Origin: Nymphaea colorata
Lineage: Eukaryota
DNA length: 64,000 nt
Direction of reading: 5' to 3'
Assembly (NCBI RefSeq): GCF_008831285.2
Contig: NC_045138.2
Span: 18,414,001 to 18,478,000 of the forward strand
Shown: positions 1 through 14,454 of the stretch, piece by piece
Layout: each line of letters begins with the position of its first letter
Numbering within the stretch: the stretch's first letter is position 1
Translations under genes and position numbers: made by a program
Notes under the pieces: model-generated
Told to the model about the DNA's origin: nothing
Database searches by the model: none
The model's input: the letters and a program-made list of their open reading frames with translations, nothing else

Positions 1-3
1 AGT

Positions 4-17
4 GCTCTGACACCATG
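4..17 (-). mobile_element. Possible LTR-retrotransposon primer-binding site (tRNA-Met type) abutting the 3' end (..CA) of a 5' LTR; the LTR would extend rightwards and the internal domain lies left of the window
   Basis: The minus strand reads ...TTCATTCA|TGGTGTCAGAGC, one mismatch from the canonical TGGTATCAGAGC PBS and directly after CA. The other LTR boundary was not identified. Confidence 0.4.
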
Positions 18-1710
18 AATGAACACGCAGTAGCTGCAGAGAAAAGAAAAAACTGATCAAGAACCTCACAAGAATACACACAAATGTGGTCTGATGCGTC
101 AAACACCTTTATCTAAGAGAAAATTTTCCATAATAAAGCTTTTGAAAGTGTACTGCAGCAACCTTCCTTTCATCTAATATGGCAAGACAGCAATATTTTT
201 ATCTGATACATATCCACTGAGGGCCTTCGCCAGTCAAGTTTAGCACCATCTTTTTTCCTCGAGTGTAAGAAGGAAGTTAATAATCCACAGCCCAATAGAA
301 AAGGTTGAAGCTTCCACTCTACCCCTTGAGTTGGTGGCCTATGTCCGGGCCTTAGTGGGCAGTGGGCCATGTTCAGCTCAAGAGGCATTAATACCTTTAA
401 TGGCTCAATAGGGTATCATGCACAGGCAATCAAAACGGACACATGACATTTACAAACACCCACTCTCACCAGCTATACTAAGCCCATTAAGCCAGATCAT
501 TATTAATTATATATATATTCAGATTTAGTAAAGATATAGATATTGCAAATTAAGCCTCGTCTAGAGACACCAGTTGAGTTTCATAATTGGGTTGATCAAT
601 TGTAACCATGTGAATATGATCATTGTTCATGATCGAAACCAACAAATGTGCAAGATTTTATATACAGAACATGCCAAAATGATTGAATATGATCATTGTA
701 CGCCGTAGAATTAATGAATCAAAATTTGAGCGTACCTGAACGTAAAAAAAAAATGATGAAGTTGATTTCTGCAGAAAGATGAACGGTTTTGCAGGTATAA
801 TAACATCAATCTAGTTGTATCCATCGATGAGAACAAATCACAAAGATGTAAAGAAACCAGGAGGCATCGACTATATCGAATCGGGATACAAACCAAATGC
901 CTTCAAATGCGGATTCAAACAAAACACCATAACAGAATATGGCTCAGTAACGCTGACATCGTAAGGCGTTTGCTGAAGACGTGCCGGAAATGTACAGGTT
1001 GGGAACACGCAGTTCAAAGCAGGTGCAACTTCCCTGTTTATCCAACTTTTCTGGATAAAGTGGGTGCATCCCATTAATGTGAGTCCCAGTGTTCCGCCTA
1101 AAGCTTCGTACTGGAGTACGCTCTGGTGAGTCACATTTTTGTCACCTTCTCCGCCCATTTACTAAAATTTCTTCTTAGGATTCCACAGCGTGGCAGAAGT
1201 TATTTATTTTGCTCTTGTCCATTGTGGCCTATAGGTGCCTACCGTGACTTCCAAATAGAGATAGCGTGCTTGCCTTCAGTATGGCAGTTCATATGCCTAG
1301 AGGAATGTGAAGAAGTATACGGTTCTGAGAATGGTGTAACGTTTTTTTTCCCTTTTGTTTTAGTGCATTAATAGTACAAGAACCCATTGATCTTCAATAG
1401 GCATTTTGGAGCAAATTCATGTAGAGACTTTATGAAAAGCAAGTTTTTTAATGAGTTTTAAGGCTTTACTTTTTATTTTTTGTTTGGGTGGTATACCTAA
1501 AACCTGGTTTTCTAATAACCTAAATGGGTGTCAGGTTTTTCAATCCATTTAATGGAACTAGGTTTTATCAAAATTGGGCTTGTCTTATGATGGCACCTAA
1601 ACACTTCAAATACCTAGCTTTGGATGCAAAATCAGGTTTTTGGGTTTCATCCAAACATCCCCTTAGTTTTTAGAAAGTTAACGATCAACTTGCAATTTTC
1701 ATTTTCGAAA

Positions 1711-1744
<34 letters not shown>

Positions 1745-3242
1745 GAAAAATGGGAAGCTATCATACCCTTATATACCAAACTTAATGAGAACAATCTATG
1801 CCATTGATTTTAATGAGATTAAATGGTGGAGATTAAGTGTTAAATATAGAAATCAAGTTCATTTTTCAAAATTGCAAAAATACCCCTCAAAGCAGATGAG
1901 GAGTTTCGTTTAAAGAAAATCATTTGTTTCCGTCTTTTTTCTTCACCTCTCTTTCTTGGAAGGGTATTTAGGACTCTTTTAAAAACAGGCTAACTTTTAT
2001 ATTTACAATCATAAGATCTCATTAGAACTAATGGTTCAGATGATTCCCATCAAAGTCTAGTAATTGCCGTTTTCCATATAAAAACATATATGTCTAATAG
2101 TTTAATAATTTGTCCACTTTGTCGTAGAACGTGGCTTGTGCTGCAGTTTTAGTTTCTGGTAATGATAATAATAGTAACTTTTTATGTTCTTCTTTAAGGC
2201 AAGAGCTCTTTCTCCCTAACTCCGGTGAATAGATGATAGTGGAAGAGAGGATCGAGTAATCGAAGCGAATAACAAAGCACTTTTTTACTTCAAACACACC
2301 CCTACACACATATATATACACTGCTCTATTAATATATATATATATATATATATATTTATGTCGATGGTTGAAATGTGCAAACAATTCTCATACTAAAATT
2401 CTAAATCTTGCTGGCTGTAAAAATTTTCAATTTTTGATGTGTGTTTATAATTTTGTTTATGAACTTATAACTTTTTCCCTTGGAGACATACATATATATA
2501 GGAAAAATCAATGCTGCCCGATGCCCCATGCCTATGATTTAAAATTTATTACTAAAAGACTGCAAATAATCATTAAAGACAATATAAATTGTTTTCGCTT
2601 CATAAAGCATTGTTAATGCTAATATAATGACTTTTTTAGTAACAAATTTTTAAATTTCAGCTTTCAGACATTCGACATATATATATATTTGACATAAAAA
2701 CATGTGAATTTATATTATTCCCTCATTTTAAAAAATCGTTTATACAAGTAGATTTGGACATTTTGAATATACTGCATGTTGGAATTTAAATTAAGAAACG
2801 GACTGTAGTTCGGCCAATACAGACGTTGGACGACAAAATCTACCGAATATGTATATATATGCATCTTAAATTTCCCATTCTATGTTGGTTACTGCTAAAT
2901 TAACATTAATTTTAAGGCTTCTATCTTTTCCATCTCTCTCCGTCACTCACAAACCCATAGATCAGAGGACAAGCAAATCTACATGCATATTAGATATTAC
3001 GTTGGAAACACCCATGCAGGGCTTGAGCTGAAGAGTGAAGAGTCCATTTCAGAAATGAGGTAGCAACAAGCACGCTCTTTCTTGTTTTTCTTTTGCTTTT
3101 CTCCCTTTTTTCCAGCTGAATGAAACAAACACACATTCAAAGTTTTCTGTTCTTCTGTAGCTTCCAAAACAATACGTTATTACCTCAACACCCATATACC
3201 AAATATTGCATATTGGCAACCTTTGATGCTCCCACAGAGAAG

Positions 3243-3247
<5 letters not shown>

Positions 3248-3284
<37 letters not shown>
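3248..3284. repeat. (AG)n microsatellite immediately downstream of the trihelix stop codon (a (CT)n tract in its 3' UTR)
   Basis: Visible AG dinucleotide run ending next to the TGA at 3286-3288 (minus). Confidence 0.95.
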
Positions 3285-3285
<1 letters not shown>

Positions 3286-3286
<1 letters not shown>

Positions 3287-5709
3287 CAGACAGCACCATC
3301 GTAGTTGGAGGAGAGCTTGCACACCATTTCCATCAGAGAAGATTGAGCCTCCATACCATCCAGATTATCGCCACCATCCATATGCATCATCCCACCAACA
3401 TAGTCCGACGACTCCGTCGCTTCGGCCGATCCACTCTCGGCCGCAACTCCTTTCTCCGAGCACTTTTCCAGCACCTTCGAGCTGTGTGGTTGCTCCTCCT
3501 GCTTAGGGAATGAGAGGACCCCATTCTGGTACAGGCTGCTCAGCTGGTGGAAGTAGGGGCAGGTCTTGGAGTCGGGAGGCCGCAACTTGGCCGCACCATT
3601 GGTCTTCCTGAAATACTTGTTGATGTTCTCCCACTTCTCCTTGCACCTCTTGGCGCTTCTCATGTATCCCATCTGCATCATCTCTTGGGATATTCTCTCC
3701 CATAGCGACCCTTTGGAGTTGCCGTCCCTGAACTTCTCTTCATGCTTGCACCTGAGCTTTATCAGAGCACAGACCTCAGAGCTCGGCCACCTCTTAAGGG
3801 GGCCTGCTCCGCTTCTGCCATTGGCGTCTAGTCCCTGCAGGTCCAAGCTCACATCACCTGGTGTGCTGATTGGAGCTGGGTCTGGTTCTGGGTCAAAGAG
3901 AGGGTTAAGGTTGGGGGTAGGCCCGGAATGTGCCTCTTCAAAGCTTGGTAGGGAACCCTCCAAATGGATGTTGTCTTGTGTCAACCTCTTCAAGAAGCTT
4001 ATAATCGTCGCCTCTCTACTTGATGCAAGGGCTTGTTCTTGTGTCCTCATCTCAGTTTCCTTATTCAGCCTTGCCATCTCCTGCCTCTTCCACGCCTCCT
4101 CCCTCTCCATTCTCTCCTGGTCCCTCCTCTCAACAGCCTCCAGGAACCTCCTCTGCAGCGCCTCCTGCTGTGCCATCATCTTCTTCACCATATCCTCGCA
4201 TAGGCCCTTCATTGCTTCAAAGTTTTGCCCCTTCCTCCGCTTCTTGCTCGTGTTCTCGCCCGCAGATCCATCTTGAAGCAATGGGTTCTCGAGCGTCTCC
4301 TCCTCCGATGTGCCATCAACGTGATTCTTCTCTAAGGCCAGCGTCTGCTCTTCGCTTGCAGAAGCACCAAGCTTAGAATTGTTGCTGCTGCCATTGTTGT
4401 TGAATAGGGTCTCAAGCTCGGAGTAGAACCTGTAACTCTTCCCATCCTGCCTCCCCGTGTTCTTTGTTTTCTTGTAGTACTTGGTCACATTCTCGAATTT
4501 TTCCTTGCATTTCTTCGCACTTCGGTTAAATCCGAGCTCTGCAAGCTTCCTGAATTCCACAGGGAAAATATCACAAGTCCATTTTATTCTACTCCATGCG
4601 GTGACACGTGCGGCCTGCAAAGCCAGCTAGGCGCACGTGTATCCCAACATGAGAAAATGTAAGTGGTGGGTGAAGTTTCTATAATTGAAGAGGCCATGGA
4701 CACCTTCTAGCTCAGTCCATACCCACCACAGAACTTGCAGTCTCTGTCAAGAATTTCTCATAAATAATCTAAACCGCGATTAGGTGCAGAAGGGAAAAGG
4801 CTGAATTTATAGCAAGAGACGTTGCAGTCGAGCTCTTGGGGTCTTTAGGGTAGGAAAATGAAAAACTAAATTAGTTTCTTAAGCAACTCATCTTAGTTTT
4901 CTTCAGAAAAAGTAGACCCCAAAGTGCAATCGAGGTATATCGTGCCAATACATCAATTCAGTAGCAATCACTAGTTTTTGCACCACTGCTTATGTTCTCA
5001 AAGAGAAAGAAATACATATGCAACAAGACCCATCTTTCAATTCCTCATAAAACTTTCACCCCATACTGAAAATTAAACTGAGATGCTGTCAGATGCACAA
5101 AGACACGCAATGACTTTGTACTTAGTACTAATTGTCTTGTGCAAAAATATGTGTACTAAATCACAAGCATTATCACTTCTTTTTGGATCTGTAAGGAGAA
5201 AGAGCAGACGATATGGCCGGGTGGGAGGACAAGGCATACCTTGAAACATGTTCCCAAACGGTTCCTTTGAAATTTGAGTCGCGGATGGTTGCTTCCACAC
5301 TGGATCTGATCTTCAAGAGCGCTAGAGTCTCCTCCCTAGGCCACCTGTTTGTGTGCTCGTGGAGAGGCTTCTCCCCTCCAATTTCCGAAGCCGCAGCACA
5401 CCTTTCTTCCTGATCTTCGCCCTCTCCTTCCTCTCCTTGTTCTTCTTCCATGCCGCTAACAGCAGCGGGCTTCTCATGGTGACCTCCAATTGGGTCCTGC
5501 ACAAGGCCATGCTGGTGGAAGTGGTGCAGCAGATGCAGCTCGTGGCCTGAAGAATTCTCAATTTGGTGGTGATGGTGGTGCTCTTCCGTGTCAATAACGG
5601 GGTTGAGGTTGAAGAAGGGCTGTGGGGAGAGGTGATGGAGGCCAGATCTGGATGATATGATCTGCTGGATGTGATCAGGGAGAGAAGTATACTCTAGGCC
5701 TGACTGCAT
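3286..5709 (-). CDS. Trihelix transcription factor, GT-2 clade (GTL-like, two trihelix domains). Exons 5709-5240 and 4549-3286, ~577 aa
   Basis: Exon 1 ends ..WEHVS-AG|GTATG; exon 2 starts TTCAG|G-AAG (KLAELG..). The spliced N-terminal trihelix reads RWPREETLALLKIRS...VWEHVSRKLAELGFNRSAKKCKEKFEN. A central coiled coil (REEAWKRQEMARL) and a C-terminal trihelix (RWPSSEVCALIKLR...KRCKEKWENINKYF...KTCPYFHQL) follow. Exon lengths 470+1264 keep frame. Confidence 0.93.
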
Positions 5710-5783
5710 CCTTTACGTCTTCCCCCTGTTTTTTCTCTTTACTCACGGTCAAAATGAATCCACAAATAAAACTAATACAACAA

Positions 5784-6070
5784 GAAAGAGAGAGGGAGAA
5801 TGAGAAAGAGAGAGAGAGAGAGAGAATGGTGGTTTCGCTTACTTTTCTTTACTTAGATTTCTATTTTTCTGCAAAAGGGCACTGGAAGTGGAGAGTTAAC
5901 ACTGGGGAACAGGAGCATGAACAGTAAAAGGAGTTTAAAAAAGGAAGAGGGGAGAGAGCACAGAGAGGGGGGAGAGAGAGAGGGGGGTCAGGCACAGAAT
6001 GGCATGGTTAAAGAAAAGCATGTGAAGAAGATAATGATAATGCAGGAAATTGAGAGAGATAGGATTCTTT
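5784..6070 (-). promoter_or_regulatory. GA/TC-rich 5' UTR/proximal promoter of the trihelix gene (candidate BBR/BPC GAGA elements)
   Basis: Several GAGAGA tracts upstream of the ATG at 5709. Binding by BBR/BPC is inferred only. Confidence 0.35.
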
Positions 6071-9000
6071 CAAAGAGAGACAGCCAATCAAAGACTGTGA
6101 CAGCTGCAGCTGCCTCATCTGACTGTGAGCAGACCTATCTTTCTCAGCCTAGGGTTCGTTTTCTTCTGTAAATTTACAGGGCCGCCCTCCTTCTCGCGCA
6201 TCCCTCTCAACTTACCACAAGTCCTATCCATGCAAACTCTCACAATTCGGCTTTCTAGCTAGCGACCAAGGAGTTTCAGTTTGATGGTTCAGATAGACCT
6301 GAAACTTAGAAAAGACTCTCCCCCCTTGGATCTTCGTCTGGTTTGCATTGAGCTGCCAATTATCTTCAACATGAAGGTAACTAAGTCTGTTCGGGAGAGC
6401 GGAGTTTCCCACCACCTGTCGAAGTCTTCACACAACCTCCCTCTCATTCCTTTAAGGTATAGGGTTTATTTTAAAGTGCATTTCAACTTCTATGTTGGTT
6501 GGTAACCGTCCCTTGGGCAATATAAAGAGTTGACAACTTCGAAATTTGAAACAGACCATCTACCACCATCACCCTAACCATTGCACCCAACTCCTCATGG
6601 AGGAAGCAATTAACTCTTTCATTTATACAACTCTAAAATCGTCAATTGCAAGCAAAGATGCTATTATGCTTTACTGTGGGCCTGAATAAGTTTTTTGCCT
6701 TGTCGATGACAACTACACCAAATATATTTTTAACTATGAATGAGCGTACTTATTTTGTAAATAATATACATTTAACTCGTAGCAAGTTAAAATCTAAATC
6801 TTATTTCACGAATATGCTCGTTATATATATATATATGAAAAAAGGAATAAATATTTTGTAAATGATACATTTTGAACTTAATTAGCAAACTTAACCGCCT
6901 GTACTGACACTAAGAAAATATGTTAATGAAGAAAAAAGAAGGAGTTGGTGCAATGGTCAAGATGAACACATATAGGTGGATTCTCTTCGTTTGTACCTTC
7001 CATGGCGTCAACTTCATGACGCTGCAAAAGTTAAGATAATGATATGCAAACTGAAACATAGTAGAAATGTCACCAAAAGCACCAAAAGGTCTTACTGAGG
7101 TGGTGCCGCTAGTTGCATGTGGAACTAAGTTTTTGAAGGGTGTTTAATTAAAAAACACCGAATCAAATACTGTTGAACTCCAATTCTGCAGCGTGTGCAT
7201 TTCCATTATAAGGCTGCCCAAGCACCTGAAAAGCTCGCATAATCGAACAAAGTTAATAAATCCAGATTCTCGGTCATATTACTTTTAAGGTGTGACCTTT
7301 ATATACATATGCAGCTCAAATGGTTCTTTCATATAATTTGAGCCGATCAAAGTCTCAAACACAATGGCTTCATTTGGCACTAAAGTATCTAAGTTTGAAC
7401 GCCGATGTTTCTTCCGCCCAACCATATTTACCAGTCCTCCAAGTGGGACAGCCGGGCACTAGGAGACAGAGATCGTGAAGGCATGGGTTTTATTGATCTC
7501 ATATAAGCTTTCATGAGTAAGCTGACCCACCCGAGGCGGATCTAAAGCTTATTTCGGCTCTATCTTGGCCAAGTGGGTCAGCCTTGAGTACGATCATGAG
7601 CCTAGTGCAGCGTACAGTACTCTTGGTGGGTCATGGGGTCGGCCAAACTTGGCCAACTCTATGTATCTAACGCTTCATGCTATGTCTCATTTTTCTTCTA
7701 AGGCAGAATCCTAAATTGACAGGAGCGCGGGCCGAGACTCGTGTCTGTGTCAAGCCTTAGTTAGGCCTAGGAGAGGAAAGCTTCATGGTGAATGTTGACC
7801 TAAATTTTGGTTTTGTAATTTGATGTAGTTGTCTTGAAATACATAGTGTAGCAGGTCAAACTGGTCGAACTGATGTAGAAAATAAACACCTCTTGCAACT
7901 TCTATTCCTATAAGCGTGATCTTATGCTAATAGGATACAATGTCATACCATACCAAGTTGATAGTACATTGAACCCAAGCCAAGGGGCAGGGGTGGAGGC
8001 GAGGGAGAGCTCGCATGAGCCCTGACCCTCATCTCAATTATTTTTTTTAAATTACATGTAAATTTTAGAAAATTTTAATTGTCATATGTAAACAATTTGA
8101 AAATTGAAATTTCGGTCATGTTAAAATTTAAAAACTTCAATTCGACTTTCCATGATTTTTTTTTCCAAGTACTAATTCATGAATCTTTGGCCTTCCAAGT
8201 TGAGAGTCCGAACATGAAATTCAAATGTTTTTTCATCCTTTGTAAAATAGTGTAAGAATCAATACCTAGTTTGGACATACATCATGATAGGTCTTCGATA
8301 TAAGTAAGGAAGCACATGCTTCGATGTGAGAAGGGTCTTGTCATGTTTGATTAATGTACCATATCGGATCCGGATCCGACTTCCAATGTGTTAGTTAAGC
8401 TAAAACGGATCTGGACAATTTGCATCCACTGACTTTTGACACATGTGCCCCTTGCAGTTGAATATCTGATCAGTTTAGATTACTCATCTCAAATACAAGG
8501 ATCATTGGCTAAGTAATAAGCAACAAGTCTTTGATACTTTTTTATTATTATTTTGTTCGCTTGGTGTTACGAATCAAATACGAAAATTTTCAAAAGATCA
8601 GTTTTTTGGATTTGAAACTCATCATTCCTCGAATCTAAAGTATTTGAGCACCAAAATTAGGACCAAGCCCGAGCGCCAAAATTAGGTTCGGTTGTTTAGA
8701 ACAAACCGGGCCGGATCAGATCTGTGCCCGGGGATAAAAAAAGGGAGGTACGTTCCTGTCCTTGACTTCGTATCCGGGACGATTTCTGGAAATCGATGAA
8801 TTAAGGGGTACGCCCGACCGACCGACATGTACCCTGACAGAATATTCCCAATGCACGTGGATGGAGCACATTTTCGTGAATACGAGCAAGTCATGGGTAT
8901 TTCAGTAATTTTATAAATAACTAATTTTGAAAAATGATTTCCCTAAAATGGCATTTGTGGTCCCTACAGGCGTTTTTTTTTTCCTCAAAAAATTTAAATG

Positions 9001-12000
9001 ACCGGAGTAAAGGTGTGTTTGAAAGGTTTTCGGTACGGACAAGACGAAATGTCTTGAGACATATTTCCGCCAAGCAAACGCGCAGGTTCGAAAGTAGAAA
9101 GTTGGACAAGGACACGGTCTCGGGTTTGTTTGATAAGTGAAGAACTTGGTTTGAAGCTAAAAATCAGTTTTACGAAGAAAAACGGACAAGTTTTTCAGGT
9201 CCTTCATCAAAACAAGGTTTAAAACTCGGTTTAGATATCATCTAAATACGCATCAAATGGCACATTGGCAGGTTTTGAACTGCAATCTAAACAAACCCTG
9301 AATCTTAATCTACCACTTCCAACTAAATACCCTTTACAACTCTCTTTATATTATACTATTGCATTGTTTGGTAGCTTCACGTTTCATACCAAAGTTTACC
9401 AAGGATCTTAAAACTGCCGATCTCCTGTCGAATCCCCTCCACTGAAAATCCATGCTTTTTTATAAATTAACGTGGATATGCAATCCGCTGTTGTGAAATC
9501 TACTGTTTGCTTGAGCAGTGGATTTCACCTAATGCTCAGTTTGAGACGACATGATCCGCCAAACCGGAAGAGTGAGAATGATTGTTTAATGCGCATAGAA
9601 TCCACCTACCAAGCAAACGGACCGGACACCTTTAAATTGAATTAATGCATCGCGTACCGACACACATCAATGAGTAGACTTTGTCTTGACTTGCCATAGG
9701 AAAGGTGTGACCCAGCAGAAAACACGTAAAAAAAAGATCATTGGGCGCTTTTTCCTAATTATTTTAAATTATTTTTAATAAAAATGGAAAATGGGGCATG
9801 ATCCAGGACAGAGCACTGAGACCCGCTGGGTGTGCCATTCTCCTTTCCCATTTGAAATGGATCTAAACTCTTAAGTGAAACAAACTAAATGGATTTGAAT
9901 TACGTAGCATCAGTCACTTAGGATCCAATACCTTTCCGGAAGATTGACCCGAAATTCAGGGCATTTTGGTAAACTTCTGTGACCTCCTGCGCCGAATGAA
10001 AGCGCCGGGTTTGGCATTTTATTGCGAACAAGATCCCACGCATAGACTTTATGCTTCCCAGCAGCGAGATTGGAACACGACCCTGAAAGGGGAAGAAATA
10101 ACGACGAGGCCACTGCAGTACGTTAGGCTGCCGACATTCGTTTTCTGCAGACGGAAAGCTGTTGCGTGCGTTTCACGTTGTCCCGTGGAGATTGGTGGTC
10201 TTTCTGTGATTTGAGGTGAGATCCTGTCCTCGGCGATTAGGGGCCTCGTAGTCCGTCCCATGCGTGAGGGACAGTCACGTCCTTGTCCGTCGACTCATCT
10301 TTTCCTTATGCGCCCTCCTTGTGTTGGGTGTTAATTTACGTAATTAGCCTTCCCTTTTATATGACTCTCCCTTGTTGTCACGGTCGGTAGGAAAATGAAC
10401 CTCGCTCGTGCATCCAGCAAGGTGTTGGTCTGTCTCATCTGGCGTTTGAAACAAACACCCAGTTCTTCCTCTCTATCTTGATTCTCATTATATACATTAT
10501 AAACTAGAACACCAAGGGTTTATGAAAAGGGGAAAGGCCAAAAAGAAGACAAGGAGAGAAGAGACTAGGATATCGAGAAAAATGTCTCCCATCTCTTTCA
10601 AACTTTATTTTATAGGGAAAGAAAAATAACTGAAACGCAGTTCAGGATTTTGGCATATATGAAAATGCCCGGCCGCTCCCTTCACTTTTCTCATCCTGCC
10701 AACAGAGCTACTCACAAATCCAATCCCACTTTGGGGCTTTGGATCCGTCCCGAGTGTGCGTTTTGGATCTCCTACCAACTTGCGTCCTAATCTGTCCTCG
10801 ATCCACCATAAACAAGTATATATGGATCCATGAGTTTTCGGGTTCGTCCAAGAGCAGGGTTTCTTTGGATCTGATACCAGCTTTTATCCATGAGTCAGTC
10901 CTTGGTGCAACAGCACACATCCTGAATTATCTCGTCTCTCACGGTACACTTTGCATCATTTGATGTCCATAAATGTACAAATTCTCAAGGGTCACCATGT
11001 GTGGCGAGTGGTGTGGGCAGTTGCCCACACGAGTCTCTTAAAATTTATTTATTTTTAAATGATCATCTTTAAACATTTATCTTTTTTATATATACAAGTG
11101 CCGCACTAGATATGAGTATTTTTTAACAAGTGCTCCTCCAGTTCTGTGTGTGAGTATGTGTACGCGTTGGGGTACCATGTGACCCAACTCTTGACACATA
11201 AAACAATTAGTGGAAGGGTTATGAAACACAGACAAATGTACCGCCTGTGAGTTTAATTGATTTACATATATAAGTGCATCATCAATCTCACTTCAATCTG
11301 GAAGCTACTCTAAGTTGCTCTTCTCTGCTGCCTCCTTGCTGTACTTTGTGAAATGACAATTCATCCCCACCAGCATCAAAAGATGCTTCAGCATCTCAAG
11401 CAACTAAAAGTGAGTCTCCAATGATTTGAGTCCAACTAATGGAGGAGCTTGGAATGCACTGGATTGATGATCTACAAACTCTAGGGAATGACCTAACTAC
11501 GAAACAAAAAAAAAAAAAAACAATGTCATCTTCCACATTCAGGAAATGACCAGGTTGCTCCATGAGTCGTGAACTATACACAGGAAGCTACCTTGTGCTT
11601 GAGGTCGCATGTGTTGTCCCTTCATGTACCAACGCACCAATGGGAGTACTACCAACTTGAACCCTCGCTGGGTCTTGAGGATCTAGTTCCTGTTGTGAAC
11701 TAGGGCGTGTTTGATTACCTGTGCAAGGTGGAAGCTAGATCCGAGGATTTTAAATTCTTGCTTACGATTGAACGATATAAGGACTACAAGATGGATTTGT
11801 AGACACTGCATCTTGAGATCCATGGACATCCAGTCAGTTCCCCTCTCCCCTGAGTGAAGATAACGAATTTGAGGCACGTTAGTGTGCTATTGTCTTAAAT
11901 ATGTGCTCTCAAATCTATAGTTAACCATGAATTTAAGCTGATTCCATTGTTATATCAGGCTAAGTGGTCCATTAGGGAAATTAGGAGCATTGTGAGAAGG

Positions 12001-12553
12001 CTTAGGTTGAAGCTTCCTGGGTGTTCGTTCCTAATGAAGATTGGAGCAGGTTTATAGAACACATTATATCTCCAGAGTATGCATTTAGGGAATATGTGTT
12101 TAAGAACATAATTTTGTTGTCATCAAATGCTTTTTTTAGTTCCATAATCACAATGTTACTCATTTAACACTTTTTATTAATTAAAAAAAAATGAACTATT
12201 TTGATAATTGTTTATTTTACCCAATAAAAATAATTCCATTGAATGGTTATTACCTATATATTTTAAACATAACTACTAGCACAACAGCTCAAACTCACTT
12301 CTAATTGGCACATTGTATCAGGGCAGGGATTCATACATTGGGCTGATTTAAGTTCATAGATGACAATATTTAAATAAAATAAAAAAAAATATTTTTTTAA
12401 TTTCTAAAATATCTCATACGACACATTAATATTCATGCTTTCAATAAGAAATGAAAACCAATATTTACAACAGTAGAGCCAAGGATCAGCACTTTCCCAT
12501 AACTTGGTTGAAACATTGGTTATTCATGTCTACTTCTCTGGTATTTATATTTT

Positions 12554-12592
<39 letters not shown>

Positions 12593-13049
12593 AATATATA
12601 TGCTTAGTTCACTTGCACAGAAACATCCTTCTACTGTTCTCCTTGAGGAACGTATCATAGCTGGTTGGCATTAGGAGCATGTAGACAACACACCATCAAT
12701 TTTATTCCTGCAAGTGCTATTCTACTGAACTGCAAACAGTGAGCACGCATGTATGCAATTACAAAAAGAACTACAAATATGATCTCGTAAGTAGATCTAT
12801 TTGCTTATTTCTTATATTTTAGCTGCTTAGAATGTTCAATGGACCGTTATGCAACTATGAATTAGCTACTTGTTCCAAAGAGGTATCTCAAAAAAAAAAA
12901 AAAAAGGAGAAAGGGGGGCATGGGGTGAAACTTTGACCTCTTGAAGGTATCCCTCCCTGCCCCCACCCTATCGCGCACCTCTCTCATATCGCATCTAAGG
13001 ATGTTTCGGGACCTAAATGAGCTTATGGTCATTTCTTTCAATTGAGAAT

Positions 13050-13472
13050 TAGGGTATCAATATATCTGAATTGAATCGGATCTCCAATCGAACCAATCCA
13101 AAAAAAATTAGATACAAAAAAAAAAAAAAATAGTCAATTAAAAAATTGGCTCGGGTTTGGATTTAAGAAATGACATCCAATCGGATTTAGAATTGGATAT
13201 ACATAAATATCCAATCAGATTTATTTTTAGACAAATAACTTATATTACTTAACAGTCTTACATTTCAAAAATGGGAAAAAATCCGGTTTAAAATTTGGAT
13301 TCGCATATGATATAAAAACCAAACTCGGATTGTAAAATTGGATTTCGGATTTAGATATGATTTTTTCTTTATTCATATTCAAACCCAAAACCAGGTTCGA
13401 AAATGTGAATATATGAAAAAGCAAATATAGTTAAAAGTATACCTGATTTGAATCCGATTCATTGACATCTTA
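13050..13472. mobile_element. hAT-type MITE (TAGGGATGTCAA-TIR family), degenerate copy
   Basis: Begins TAGGGTATCAA and ends TTGACATCTTA. Internal GGATTT/AAATCC-rich motifs are shared with the 17554, 19.4-kb and 43.3-kb copies. Confidence 0.6.
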
Positions 13473-13488
13473 GTTTGGAAGAGTAGTA

Positions 13489-13541
13489 CCCATGACAATT
13501 TAAACCCATGACAATTTAAACCCATGACAATCTAACTCATG
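13489..13541. repeat. 16-bp minisatellite (CCATGACAATTTAAAC), ~3 copies
   Basis: Direct reading of tandem units. Confidence 0.85.
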
Positions 13542-14454
13542 AATAAAAACTACTTATGATAACACCAATACAATCTTTTTTTGTTCTTTCTTTCTTTTCA
13601 TCGACAATTGGGACACCACTTTCTACTTGTTGTGATTGATGATTTTCTAGGTTCAGTTTTGGAGAACTGGTAGAGAGATGAGACGCCCTAAGAGATCTGG
13701 CAATGCATTGCCAACCGCCTGAGAGAGAGTTGCAAAACCACGAAAAAAAATACTCACTGTCCGTGCGTTCCGCCTGTTCCAGCAGTTTCCGTATCCGATG
13801 TTTAAGTACTCTGATACAGCACTGTTCTGTGTTAGAGACAGCGAGTCAAACGACTTCTTAGGAGACGTTTAATGGCCGCGAATTAAAAATGATCGATTGC
13901 GTTCTTCTTCTTCTTCTTTCTTTTCCAGAAAAAAAGTTTAAAAAGTTTGGACCTGAGACTAAAACCTCAAATTTTGGCAAAACCATATAATTTACATTGC
14001 CAAATAGCTAAGAGCTTGACGAGTACGAGCAAGTTTTCCAAAAAGTATATTCCAGAAATCATGCTATCAAACAATTTAGTATTAGTAGCAGGACTAAAAA
14101 TAATTCTCGACGCGATTTGTTCATTTGGAGTCCGAGTGAGTTGGATCTGAATCTCATATTTGGATCCGGATCACATGCGAGCAGAGTTTTGGAATCCAAG
14201 CTGGAAAGAAACCCAAACACAGCGCTTTATGAACATAATGTTGGTCAGCTACATGAATTAGAAAGTATGGGACTTTGACCTATCAGATCCAAAACCAAAT
14301 CACTAGCCTCTTTGACATTTTAAATGTGTATATAATGTTTGTAGATGAACCAAAATGTACTCACAATTATCAAACCAGCTTAAGTTAAGTTTTAAGAAAC
14401 TATAGACCCTAGAAAACAAGTTCAAATAAAGTTAACTCTAGAAAAGTCTAATTA

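Noticed and set aside
3120..3513. ORFs with poly-ER runs
   Set aside because: Translation of the (AG)n microsatellite plus antisense trihelix sequence.
3566..4376. Plus-strand ORFs of 236 aa and 118 aa
   Set aside because: Antisense shadows of the GC-rich trihelix exon 2; no domain features.
11396..11877. Short ORFs possibly from a transposase or retroelement
   Set aside because: No recognisable motif could be assigned.
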